The notes: generated by a model not told the origin, from the sequence alone. A stretch of 34,225 nucleotides of DNA from Octopus bimaculoides (GCF_001194135.2 NC_068988.1:74628644-74662868), one strand, 5' to 3'. Positions 11,321 to 23,090 are shown, numbered from the stretch's first letter. Numbers and translations are program-made.

Positions 11321-12993
11321 CACAACCTAACAGGCATTTTGTTATCAGGACACTTTAACCTCATTTGGAGGGGGGGGGGGGGGGGGGGGTTGATATGCTG
11401 AATCCAAAAATGGAATCCATTTTTTTTACCATCATGTCTAGAATTCAAAGTACTCAAACCCCACCAGTTTTCACAATTTTCCTCATTTTTCAGAAAAATG
11501 CTTTGTTTACCTATGAGATTTAGTACAAAACTTCAAGAGCTTGATGACCAGGAAGTATCAACTGAGCTGGAGGCAGCCATAAATGATCTAGATTACTGGC
11601 ACTAGCTCATCAGACCAGTTATTTGATTGAAATGAACTCAGTGACTTGGTTAGGGACATAAATTTATCAAAAGAATCTGCAGAAGTTCTTGTGTCATGAT
11701 TAAAGGAAAAAAGCCTTCTTAAAGAAGGAACCAAAATCATCTATCACACTAGGAATGCTGAATTTTTTCTTTTCTTCACAGAAAAGAATGATTTAGTGTA
11801 TTGCACAAACATTGAGGGACTGCTTCAGAGAATGGGATTAACAGAATATGATGCAAGTGACTGGTACCGTTTTTAGAGATAGCTCGAAAAGGAATATGAA
11901 ATGTGTTCTGCTTCATAATGGAAATATATTGGTTTCTGTTCAAACTGCTCACTCTACAAATCTAGCAAAAAAATAATAATGAAGTTGTGAAAGCAGTGCT
12001 AGAGAAAATTAAGTACCATAACCATCAGTGGATGATATGTGTAGACTTAAAGTTGGTCAATTTTTTATGTATGTGGGACAACAGAGCCAGGGAAAAACAT
12101 TGGGTGATCAAAGAATGACCGTAGTAAATATTAGTTCCAGGGACTTTTAATGTGGTTGAAGAGCCTTTAGTTCAACTGGAAAAATTGTCCTACTTCCACT
12201 CATATCAAACCTGGCATTATGAAGCAGTTTGTTAAAGTTCTGGATAAAGATAGACCATGCATTCACTATATCTGCAGCACATTTCCTGGTCTGAGCAATG
12301 AAAACATAAAAAATGGAGTATTTGATGAACCTCAAATCAGAAAATTGATGTAAGATGAGAACTTTATAAATTGCATTGAAGTAGCAGCATGGAAATCATT
12401 TGAAATAGTTGTAAATGACTTTCTGGGCAACTAAAAAGCAGTAAACAATGCTGAAATATTGACAACATACTGGTGACCATCCAAATGTTGGGAGTAAATA
12501 TGAGCATAAAGCTGCACTGTCTCCACAGCCACTTTGATAAATTCCCTGAAAATCTTTGTGACAAAACAGCGAGTACGTTTTCATCAACAGAACAAAAGTA
12601 TCAAAGTAGATGAGACTTGCATGTGATGATAGACTACTGCTGAAACTTGCCTCATGATCTTCCTGATGTTCAGCACTCAAGAAAATTATCCGAAAGCAAA
12701 TTCAAGAGAAATTAGGTATAAACAATGATGTAATTTGTCTGTAGAAATTTCAAGATATTTACTAGTTTTTCAGAAGAATTAAAAAAAAACATTCTGGTTT
12801 TGAAGAAAAACCCATTTCTGTCTGTTTCTATTTTATACCTTGTTTGCAAAAACAATGAAATTCTATGGATCCAATATCTTAAAATCTTAACGTGATGGTA
12901 ATGTGTGTCATTTTTGGATTCAGTCTGTCAAAAAACTTAATTCAAGTTCAAATTTTTTGACTACAGAGAAAATGATTTTTTTGTTGGCCCATG
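11321..12993 (+). mobile_element. Decayed DNA transposon, Chapaev3-like (CMC group), apparently end to end
   Basis: Transposase remnants ELSDLVRDINLSKESAEVL, DSSKRNMKCVLLHNGN, LPLHIKPGIMKQFVK, GVFDEPQIRKLM and MSIKLHCLHSHFDKFPENL. Imperfect TIRs include an exact 15-bp inverted match (11398-11412 vs 12909-12923). Starts CAC and is flanked by tta on both sides. Family name is from recalled motifs. Confidence 0.72.
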
Positions 12994-13422
12994 TTATTTT
13001 TTTTTTAACTGTTGTATATTATGTATACTTCTCTTCTTTGTTTTATTGTATGCCACGTATACTTTCTACTTCTTTTTTCTTTTATCATTTCATTGTATGT
13101 AAACCCCCACACTATGTCTGTCTTTGTATTGTCTCCCTCATCCATTGCTCTGATGGCACATAAAATTATTATTATCATCATCATTATTATTATTTGCCAT
13201 TCCTCATTGACCCATAGATAAAGTAGTGAGTAGGCAAGTAGTCGGAGTCAATGTAATTAACTATGCCCTTTATCGATATTTGAAGAAACTGTTAGTAAAC
13301 AGTAGGCTCATTTTTTTATTGAATTACTAATTAAAATGTTCTCTGAGTGATATTAAGAACACATCTGGAGGGAAAATATAAGATCTATAAAAAAAAAAAT
13401 GTTCACTAGCTCATCAACTCAC

Positions 13423-13567
13423 CTTCTAGAGCACTTGGTGCCTGATCCCCAGTTGACAAATGCTTCACATCTATGTAAATATTGGTTAGGGCCTCACTCT
13501 CATAGGCAAAGAATACAGGGACATTAGTTTCTTCCAAGAGAAGCTCCCTTTCCAAGCCATACAGCCG
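13423..13567 (-). CDS. NCLN: Nicalin coding exon (putative exon 3, 145 nt)
   Basis: Poly-T tract plus CAG acceptor, GTGAGT donor. Encodes RLYGLERELLLEETNVPVFFAYESEALTNIYIDVKHLSTGDQAPSALE plus 1 nt; matches nicalin ET.VPVYFA.E.EAL..IY. Not in the ORF track. Confidence 0.93.
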
Positions 13568-14477
13568 CTGTAAAAAAAAAAAAAAAAAGACTAACTATTT
13601 AGATGAATATTAAATCCTTAAATCCTCATAACTGAGATACTACTAGATTAGTACCAACTAGCACTAGATTACTATAAATCAATACCAAACCATTAGCAAT
13701 TATCAGCAAATAGATGGTAAATTAAAATCCACTGCAACCAATTATCACCCTTCCCACTCTCTCTTCCCTTTTCTCAATAACCCCTGATCCTAATCCTTTC
13801 TCTTCTCCCCACAATACTCTTTACTCTAATTTGTATATAATCGGCTACTCTCTCCGCTACTACTTTATCACAATTATAAATCCATTCCTCTCATCTTACT
13901 TTACCATTTCTAACCTACTCAGAATCATTGCACCCTCTCACATTTACTCTCCTTTAGCTATAGGAAATACTTTAGGCCTTTTGTCATGCAAGCTCAAGGT
14001 AATTTTCACTTGTGTTGGTGCCATGAAAACTGCACCCTGTAAAGTGGTTGGTATTAGAAAGAGTACCTAACCATAGAAATCATGCCAAAGCAGAGTCCTC
14101 CAACTCATTAAGTCCTGTCAAACAGTATGAAAGGATATTTCATAGTTTCCAGACATAACTTTTTTTTTGTCTTGTCTAGATTGCCTAGGTTCACCTGTGA
14201 GAAATAGGTTCCAGATCATATCTGTAATATATCAGTGTCTAACTTATGAGGAGATTTATCCCATATCTTCTTGAACTAAACTAGGAAACAAACCCTTGAA
14301 ATCTTGGGAGCAAGAAGATATTCATGACTGAATCAGAACTGATGAATACCAAGTCACAACCATAAGTAATTAGAACTGGATCACGATTGTTCAGTACCAG
14401 ATTAACACTAATTAATTCTGGATCATTCTATTGTCTTGATTGATATGATAAAGTAAAAACAATTAATCAATACTGAC

Positions 14478-14668
14478 CTCTTTCTCCTCAACTGTGATGT
14501 TTGTGAAGTAGTCCGGTAGAAGAACCAACACAGCACCCACATTCTGGCTTACTAGCTTTCTGTAGCTAACCACTGTCAGCTCCCGAAGTCGTACTATGAT
14601 ACAACGACGAGTTAGCATCTTAGCATCAACAGATCTAGCCTCCATGTTTACAAATGAACTGCGACATC
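14478..14668 (-). CDS. NCLN: Nicalin internal coding exon (putative exon 2, 191 nt)
   Basis: TAG acceptor at 14671-14669, GTCAGT donor at 14477-14472. Encodes (G)CRSSFVNMEARSVDAKMLTRRCIIVRLRELTVVSYRKLVSQNVGAVLVLLPDYFTNITVEEKE, resembling the nicalin N-terminal region (vertebrate GTRNAVLNTEAR...RRCVLMRL...AGAVVIILP, recalled). Starts phase 1, ends phase 0. Confidence 0.93.
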
Positions 14669-16089
14669 CTACAATATAAAAATGCAAAAATACTTTACAT
14701 ATTTTAGTCAGAACAGTCAGTCTATTCCTTTATTGGTTTCAGCCAAGGTACAGTGAAAACAAACCCAGATCTTCATGACTGTTAAACAAACTTCTTACAC
14801 ACAAAAACATGCATGCAACCATTCTTAACAGCTTGATAAAAAAAACATACACACAGTCTGCCATAGTAAAGGAATACTATTTATTAAAAAAATGGAGGTG
14901 GAGGTGGGGGGGGGGGCTTAATGATGAAAATATTGAAATATGAAGGATCATGCAATCCATGTTGATAAATGTTATTAACTATAGGCTCAAAGAGTCAGTC
15001 TACAGACCACAGTAACAGAGTAGAGATTAAGAATACAAGGACTATTTCAAATATTGGACTCAGTTCAACAATAGACACTCCTTCAGTATCAGACCAGTGC
15101 ATCAGTGGTTTACAATTTCTAGAGACAAGGCTCAACTTATAGATGGCAACCATGAGACATTTTACTTTTATTAACTTTTAATTGCTATGTTTTATAGTAA
15201 CAAAATATGGAATTGAACAAACAATATTATGTCTCATTCACCACTACTGATTTCAGTTTCTTAAATACTTATGATTGAATCAGAACAAGGAAAAATTATC
15301 ATTTATTGAAAAACAAAATTTAATCAAATCTCATATTTTTGTTTCAGCATTCTGTTATTTTGAGAATGGCCATGAAGTTACAGAAGTACTAGATTGCTAA
15401 TTAACTTGCTAGAAGTTCAAACCTTATACGTACCATATGTAGCACATAACTTTGCTTGCTCCAGTTTAAATGAGCGATAAGCAGTAGCACTATGTATGTA
15501 TGTATGTAAGTCAATGCTCAGTTAAGACTGAGCATAACTATTAGATAAAAAGACTAACTGAATAAGGTGTAAAGTAAATTGTTTGAATAAAAAATGGTTA
15601 GAGGACTTCAATTAGAGGTCTCCTTGACAAGGACGAGCTTTAGAATAAATTCTTTAAAATATTGCTGCAGAACTATTTTCTCTTTTATTTTTCTATCAGA
15701 TCCACCCACTTCTTAATTTACGAAAACAAAAGATAAATAGATTACTGTACAAAAGTGTCAACTACTGTTAGCAGTGCTGGGTCTTTAGTGATGTGAAGGT
15801 ACCATATTAGTGGTATTTCGAGTAATATCACTTTTTGGCAAAGGAGTGAGAAATGTGACAGAGCCTGTTGTCAATTTGACAGTGATAAAATTAAGATAAC
15901 AATAAACATTTCAAAATCTTTCCAGATCTTCATTAAACAGCTGTTTGCTTAATGACTTGGTTAGAAGAAGAGAAGCTTGGAGACTTGGTCTCGGTATTTG
16001 GAACAGAGGGAAGTCTCCACTAGAGTCACTCAAAAGCCAGGTGGCGTTGATACTGAATCAGACAAAAGATTAAGACTAAAACCCAACAC

Positions 16090-16250
16090 CAAAAAATAGT
16101 CCTTCCGAATGACTTCCACACAGTTTCAATCTACCAAATTTTATTCATAATGTTAATGATAGAGGACACTTGCTTGAGGTGCTATACAATAAGACTGAAC
16201 CACAAGCCAGGTAGCTGTGAAGCAAACTTCTTCGCCACACAACTATACAT
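16090..16250 (-). mobile_element. Degenerate SINE, same family as 9325 and 31811
   Basis: Reverse-orientation similarity to the SINE head and body (cagtttcaatctaccaaatt...gacacttgc...gactgaacc...gcaaacttctt). Confidence 0.5.
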
Positions 16251-17249
16251 GCACCAGTCTTTTCTGGGTTCTTTTACTAACTTCAGCCATGCAAGAGCAC
16301 AACTTTTTATTGATTCAGGACTTCTTTTATAAACCTTGGAAAGGAATCAAGAAAGGCTAAGGAAGGATCTGAACAAAAATTATCAAAAATATTACAAGGT
16401 GCCTTATCAAGTGCTTCTACCTTCCATAAACACCACAAAGCATCTAGTCTGGTGCTCTACCAATTCTACCCTCCATAAACACCACAAGGTAGCTTATTTG
16501 AATTGAAGCTCTATCCATTCTTCCATAGCTTCCATCTCTATTTCCTTCTGTCTTTGATTATTTCACTGTAATATCAAGAGATAGTAAATAGGTTTCAACC
16601 CAACATTTTATAGACATCATAAAACTTGTTCAGTGTTTCACTTTAGAAGTAAATTCAGAGAAAGTAGTAGTAATACTACAAGCACTACCAAGAGTATTTT
16701 TGTTATTACATGCATGTAGCTGCAACGTAGACAGAATACACAGTACATAGAGAATGGTTATATTTAGAGATGGTGTGTGGTGGGCAACAGAGTAACACTT
16801 TACTTACCACCACTAGGGATTTAAATAGAAAAGTCTCTTAAAAACAGCCCTTGAGAAAATATTCAGACCAGGCTGTTATCTGCTAAAATAGAGTTTCGTA
16901 AACAGGGGAGGAGAGAAGGGGAAAGCTGGTGGTATGGAAGCAGTGCTAAAAAGATGCTTTCACTCAGTAGACAGCTCGCAGATTAGAGGGAGTAGACTTT
17001 CAACTATCAACTTACCCTTGACTTTCTAATTCAATATTCTTTAATCCAATCTCACACTGAGCTACTAAATCAGTTGTCTATGTGCGCGCGTACACACACA
17101 CACCATTGTGTATGTTCCATACACCAGCACCAAGTCATTTAAATGATACAGCTTGGCTGGCTGGCTGGTCTATATGTATTTAATAAAGGGCTTATTGACA
17201 TGAATAAATAATTGTACTTTTATAGAACCAATCACATTCTAAATTGTAT

Positions 17250-18800
17250 CATTTAAATAGAAGGAAACACAAAAAAAAAAAAGATAAAAAAGGAAAAGAA
17301 ATAAAAAATGGGGAGTAAAACAGTAGAAAGTGGAAGTGATGGGCCACACACTGAGGAACAAATGGTGTATTCAGCCACACCCCGCAGTAATGACTGCAAT
17401 GTCATTGCTGTGGAGAATGGCCAGCAATACTTACTGCAGCAGCCACTCCACCTTGCAGGGCTCATTTCTCAGATGGGCTGCTGATATCTCAATTTTGCAG
17501 AGGAAATCAGTAGTATAGGATTTGAGAACACCTAATGTCTTAACAGCGGCTGGCACAAACTAAGAGTGGACAGTGAGATCCCTGTGTTAATTGATTTTTT
17601 TCTCTTCCATGTCACTGGTGGCGACACCTGGGTTTGCATTTGATGCAACAAGGTTGGAGCCGAAGAACATGTCACTGCATGTCATGTCTCAGACTAGAGA
17701 TCTTCCTCTCTCAAGTGGCAAGAAGGTAATTCCATTGGGATACTTACCCTCCTTGCCATTGAGACTACAGGTTCCAGTTGAGACAAGAAGCCAGTCGTGT
17801 CAAGGCCCTTTCTAATTATATCATTTAGAGCAGTGTGTCAGGGGAATTAGTCCATGCTAAAGCTGCAGGCCAAATTCATCTGCTACCACTCCACAACATT
17901 TGTATGGCACACACATGTAAAGACTGAGGCATTGGGTTACTCCAATATGAGTGCAGTCATCATCTACAAGGGTACTGGTAGATGAGGAGGGCACTGAATT
18001 GAACCATGGGCTGCTATTTGTCTGTGAGGCAGAATGGAGGCAGGCAAGGCATGCTGGTCTAATGATGTCGCAAACCACTCGAAAGTGGACTTGCATCTGA
18101 TGTCATCCCAATTGCGTTGGACATCAGTATTCTGGGGGATGGCAAGGCCTTCAGCAGTCCAATTGGCTAAGGCTGACTCCAGTTCCTAGGCTACATCTGG
18201 TTCAGCCATCCTGTGGAGTATCTTGCCAATGAGGGTGCAGTTGGAGGAGACTGAAGAGCCCATAGAGCCAGGTCCAATATGGAACGAGACCAAGGCCACC
18301 AAATCGAACAGGTAGCTTAGCCTGTTGTCAGCTAGAACTATCAAAACTAATATTGCAGATCAGTTCAGCACAGCGCCAGATGGTATTATCAAAATCAGTA
18401 AGGCGGTCTCTGAGAGGGTAATATGGTGCACTGTGTAGCAAGAAAAGGAGCTTAGACAGAACAAAGCAATTCTTCAAGAAGAGCATTGGGTGTATGTCAA
18501 TGAGGCATGTATGTCAATGTCTCAGTCATCCTGGACAAGTCCACATGTGTTGGTCTCTGGGTACTCTGTTATAACTTTTGAGAGGATTGAGGAGCTAAGA
18601 ATGCAGACAACATACCTTGGTGTCAGCTGAGTCCCCATCAAGAGGGAGTGGATGCTGAGCATGGTGTCCTGAAATTTGGCTTTACCATGCTGCAAGCCAC
18701 TACTCCCCTTTCTTCAGGTTACCCTCATTTTATTACCATTTCATTGTTCATCACTCATGCCCATTCTGACTAGCTAACACTAACCTCCTAGACTAATGAG
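17250..18800 (-). mobile_element. 3' half of a CRE-clade non-LTR retrotransposon (post-RT region plus restriction-like endonuclease), decayed
   Basis: Minus-strand remnants in order: FLKNCFVLSKLLFLLHSAP; ICNISFD...QAKLPVRFGGLGL; NSVPSSSTSTLVDDD; HTALNDIIRKGLD...LEP; KYPNGITFLP..RGRSLV*DMTCSD (decayed RPDG...WD.TC.D); EWLLQ*VLLAILHSN. These resemble recalled CRE-clade motifs. Confidence 0.78.
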
Positions 18801-18829
18801 CATCACTCCTTCATCTGCAGGTCAGAAGC

Positions 18830-18950
18830 AAGGACATGCCTAATTTATGCCAATTCAATGAATAGCTCTTTTCTGGACATGGTTTAGGATACCAGATGTG
18901 AGAGAATAGTCCATTGGAGGCCTCACTTGAGTTTGGTACAGTTTCGATAA
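18830..18950 (-). mobile_element. Short LINE ORF2 C-terminal fragment (CR1/L2/Jockey-like)
   Basis: Minus translation LYQTQVRPPMDYSLHIW...ILNHVQKRAIH resembles LYKAQVRP.MEYCSHIW...LDRVQKRA. Confidence 0.5.
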
Positions 18951-19849
18951 TTATTGGTCCTAAAGAGAAGGACTATTGTTATTTTTTGTTATAATTCAAA
19001 ATCCTTTTGTGGTAACTCCAGCTGAAGTTGATCTGAAATTATCTAAAGAAAATTGGCTTCTATATCCAATGATTGTAGATTAAAAATCCAATATGAGGAG
19101 CTATCACTGGAAAGTTTTGCATTTGCATACAGAACATCTAACATTAGCTAAAAAAACATTCAACATATTTATATGTAAAATGGGATTTACATATAAAAGG
19201 AAATTAGAGTCTATTGTACATAAATACCAGCATAAAACACAACCATAGGACATGAAACTAATGTTTCACATGTTAATACAACATCATTAATACAAAATAA
19301 ACAATAACTTGTGTATTTTTCTACATTTTAACTTTGTGATATGCATCAAGAATTTTATATTTGCTCTCCAGTTGACCCCAAAGTCAAAGAAGTTGAAAAC
19401 TATAGTGGAAGAGGCACACCTTACTATGTATTTAAACAGAAGTATCCCTAACTATGCACTTAAATACATATTGCAGAAAAATAAAGAGTAACTATTCTTT
19501 TATCTCAATTAAGTAATAGTAATAGGTATTAATGGAGGATCATGTGTGACTGTTGTAGATAGGTGGATGGATGGCTTGTAATTTAGTCTGGACATCTGGT
19601 TGAGGCATTTAACCTTGATCAACAATCTGAACAGAGATGAGCCCTGCCAAGCTGACTTATCCTTCATACATTATATAAAGATAATGACCCATCAATATAC
19701 CCACCAATGCTTACATGGCATTTTCACTCACATACAAATCCTAATAAAGACTGGATGTACCTATGTGAAATGAATTGGTGTCTTTATAGGCTAGTTTCTG
19801 CATATATTTTACATTAACTAATTCAATGATTTATCTTTGTTATAAATAA

Positions 19850-20050
19850 ACAACATAGCCCAAGGCAAAGATATTGTTTTCGGTCATGTTTGTTTGATTG
19901 TCCAGGGACAAGATGTCTCAAAAACTGCTGGATGGATTCGGATGAAACTTTCAGGGATGTTTGGCCTTGTGACTGGCACAAATTGATTAGATTTTGGGAT
20001 CAATCAGGTACTGGACAAGGATTCTGGATTATTTTTCCGATTTTTTTTTT
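19850..20050 (+). mobile_element. 5' part of a non-autonomous Helentron/HINE-like element
   Basis: Contains tattgttttcggtcatgtttgtttg...ctcaaaaactgctggatggattcggatgaaactttcaggg...gattagattttggg, the recalled architecture of HINE-type repeats. Confidence 0.5.
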
Positions 20051-20336
20051 TACTTTACATGTATATATAAAGTTTCACATAGTTCTCTTGTACATACACA
20101 TATATACTCACACATTTACAGTGTTAAACATTACCATCCCATTTCCATTGTACACACACACACACACGCACGCAAACATACCTCTCTTTTACACATACAT
20201 ATACTCACACTTCAAACGCCACTTATTGGCTTTTTCACTCTTTCCATTGTGATTCAACTATCACCCTTTCCTTTCTCATTCATACGGCACTCTCTTTGCC
20301 ATTTATCTACTCTACCTTCACCTCTCACTCTGGCTC

Positions 20337-20376
<40 letters not shown>

Positions 20377-20470
20377 NNNNNNNNNNNNNNNNNNNNNNNN
20401 NNNNNNNNNNNNNNNNNNNNNNNNNNNNNNNNNNNNNNNNNNNNNNNNNNNNNNNNNNNNNNNNNNNNNN
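20377..20470. other. Assembly gap (94 N)
   Basis: Run of N following (TA)n. Confidence 1.
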
Positions 20471-20514
20471 AAAACACTCATTATTATACTAAGAGATTAT
20501 ACATACATTTTAAC

Positions 20515-20684
20515 ACTTTACAGTATACTGAGTGGTTGGCGTTAGGAAGGGCATCCAGCTGTAGAAACTCTGCCAAATCAGACTGGAGCCTGGTGTTGCC
20601 ATCCGGTTTCACCAGTCCTCAGTCAAATCGTCCAACCCATGCTAGCATGGAAAGCGGACGTTAAACGATGATGATGATGATGAT
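20515..20684 (+). mobile_element. RTE 3' tail fragment with (GAT)n
   Basis: Near-identical to 871-1022; CpGs retained. Confidence 0.88.
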
Positions 20685-20689
20685 ACATA

Positions 20690-20880
20690 ATTCACCACGA
20701 TAGATCGCTAGCCACTAAACCATTTTTATTTTCTCTCCCTGTTTATTTCTGTGTTCCTTTCTGTCGAAGAGCGTAGGCTCGTAACGTAAAAGACTTTCTC
20801 ACTTCCCGAGCATTGAACTAATACATCTGTTTGTTGTTACCTGTCTTCGTCTTTTGTTGTTTTATTTTTGTAAATTCTCA
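20690..20880 (+). mobile_element. Possible Penelope-like terminal fragment
   Basis: The motif gaagagcgtaggctcgtaacgtaaaagac resembles recalled Penelope-type ends (gaag...ctcgaaacgt). No coding support. Confidence 0.35.
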
Positions 20881-20984
20881 CTACATAATTCTATACATCG
20901 ATCTAAAACAACAGGATTACAAACAGAAGACCGGAATTTAAGAGAAGAGAAAACTAAAAGGTCTCGTGATATTCATTGAATGAT

Positions 20985-21086
20985 TTTATTTTAGATATTC
21001 TCATTTTAAAAATCATCTGCGGTTAATCGTTGAGAGGATGTTGGTATTGCGTTGGCGGAGGTTTGCGCCCTATGAATGTTCGTTAT
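20985..21086 (+). mobile_element. 3' part of a non-autonomous Helentron/HINE-like element
   Basis: Ends with ttggcggaggtttgcgccctatgaatg, similar to the recalled HINE 3' subterminal motif ggcggagg..tgcgctct..gagtg. Confidence 0.5.
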
Positions 21087-21188
21087 TATTGTAGTTAATA
21101 TACATTGTGACAAGCAAAAGAAAGGCCAGTTAACTAAATTATATCAGCAGGTTTTATTTACATAAAACAAGAACACTGCCTCACATAC

Positions 21189-21192
<4 letters not shown>

Positions 21193-21247
<55 letters not shown>

Positions 21248-21321
21248 TGTGTGTGTGTGTGTGTGTTGTTAGTGTATACACAATAAGTTGAGGATATGTA
21301 AGCAACATCAGAACAAATAAG

Positions 21322-21365
<44 letters not shown>
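21193..21365. repeat. Compound microsatellites (GA)n, (GT)n and (TA)n
   Basis: Directly visible: (GA)n then (GT)n at 21193-21266, and (TA)n at about 21327-21365. Confidence 0.95.
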
Positions 21366-21368
<3 letters not shown>

Positions 21369-21527
21369 AGTATAAAAAGTCTGAAATAGTTGAAACCTGT
21401 GAAAGAGCATGGATTGAGTTAGGTGAGCATATGATGGGCTGTGGGGGTAGAGAAGATGAGAGTCATAAATTCCATTTGTGATGGAAACACTCTAATTTTT
21501 ACTGAGGGTGCAGAGTTATTTTGTAAA

Positions 21528-21680
21528 ACTACAGTAAAGTCTTATCATTTGTGAAGGGGGAAACTAGCTAAATTGTACAGTACAGTCCTATCATTTGTGA
21601 GGGGGATAATAGCTAAATACTGCAGTAAAGTCCTACCATTTGTATGTATGCGTGTGTGTGAGGGGGTGTACTAGCTAAAT
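21528..21680. repeat. About 45-bp minisatellite, 3 units
   Basis: Unit is approximately acagtaaagtcctatcatttgtgagggggataatagctaaat; the third unit carries a (GT)-rich insertion. Confidence 0.8.
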
Positions 21681-22679
21681 ACCACAATGATTTAGTTGAA
21701 CCAGAAAACTGTAACATAAACCATCACTTTTATGAAAAGTAATACCTTTCATTCTTTGTCAATCATAATTTTCAAAAGAACTCATCTTTCATACATCCCT
21801 AAATAGTTTCTTCATTGAAGTAACAGACTGAAACCCTATCTTTAAGGTTCTCTCTTCTTCAATGTCATCATGGCCTTCTCCACAATCTGTAGTAGTAAAC
21901 ATCAAAGCCAATCTATTTTTAGAATCAAACAGCTTTTAAGGATGATATACACCACACACACTTCTTTCACATGATAAAGTTAAAACTCCAGACAAAACAC
22001 ATCTTCGCCTGATAATCTGGTACCTACAGTTCAACTAAGATAAGTCCCTCACTAAAAGCCCTTCCTAACACCAATTACTTTACAGAATGTACTGGGTACT
22101 TTTTATGATGCACATAGTCACCAAGAAAGTTGCAAGATAAAGAGTCAAATGAAACAGAATAACAAAGTGCACAAATGAAACAAAGAGTAAGATAAAGAGA
22201 GCAATGGTGAGAGAGATGGTGAATATGTGTTGGGACATGCTCTCAAGGGACATTGGGGGTGGTGAGAATAAGTTATGATATACAGCAGCTTGGACTGAGT
22301 GGGTGACCAGGTTAAAGGTGACTGAAGCAAACAATGAAGAGTGGGTATACAAGGGCATTGAGGGTGATAGCTGACATGCAAGGTAGTAATGATGGAAAAC
22401 ACATGGGACAGAAGGCACAGAAAGGAGGTGATAGGTGGAGACAGGTGGAAGAAGATAATGGGAAATGGAAATGGTTTGGTGTGGGGGAGGATGTAGTATG
22501 CACCTATTTTGCTCGCAAATGATAGAGAAGTGATGGGTGTTAAAAGATGAAAGGTGGTGGGGAAATGGTTAACAAGACAGAGAGGATGCAGGTGAGCATG
22601 AGGCAGAGCCCCTCACAGATAAGCATTAACCAAGATGGTTTAGGATATCAATTGTGTTGTGGTGAATGAGTCTTCTTGA

Positions 22680-23084
22680 GTACAGCAAGGTAACAGATAT
22701 CTTGGTCCTTTGTCATTGCCTTCACAAGGCTCAGTGTCTTGAGACTGGCCTTCAGTACTTCATGCCATGTCTTCCTGAGTCTCCCTCTTCCTTGAGTTCC
22801 ATCCACTTTATCAGCACTTCTTTATGCAACTGTCCACATCCATATGCATCACATGACCAAACCAGTGCATTCTTCTCTCCTGCACACTGTAATTCCTCTT
22901 ATGCCAAACTTTTCTCTCAACACACTAGCGCTCTGCTGCACATGTACACTGACACTGCACATCTCATGAAGCATGCTAAGTTTTATTCCTCTTTGGTCTT
23001 CGTATGCTCTCGGCATTAAGAGCCCATGTCACGCTACCATGTAACATTGCTGTTCACACACATGCATCATACAATCTTCCTTTC

Positions 23085-23090
<6 letters not shown>
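22680..23090 (-). mobile_element. Decayed RTE ORF2 C-terminal fragment
   Basis: Reverse-complement similarity to 145-447 and to about 25760-26070 (aacttttctctc, catcacatgacca, gtcttcctg). Confidence 0.75.

Noticed and set aside
11370-11389. G20 run as a regulatory G-quadruplex
   Set aside because: It lies inside a transposon end and is most simply a slippage expansion; there is no evidence of function.
15433-15480. Candidate nicalin exon 1 end (...TAT G|GTACGT, reading YRSFKLEQAKLCATYG)
   Set aside because: The phase fits, but there is no similarity to the conserved MQQ.DLQG motif and no upstream signal-peptide frame.
15514-15535. Perfect 9-bp hairpin atgctcagt-taag-actgagcat
   Set aside because: Short enough to occur by chance in 34 kb, with no supporting context.
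16805-17020. Strong minus-strand GTAAGT donors near 16805 and 17012
   Set aside because: The phase-1 frames hit stop codons within a few codons, and there is no nicalin similarity.
22080-22620. Purine-rich segment with several ORFs, possibly Penelope-like
   Set aside because: No convincing RT or GIY-YIG motif could be read; the translations are low-complexity.
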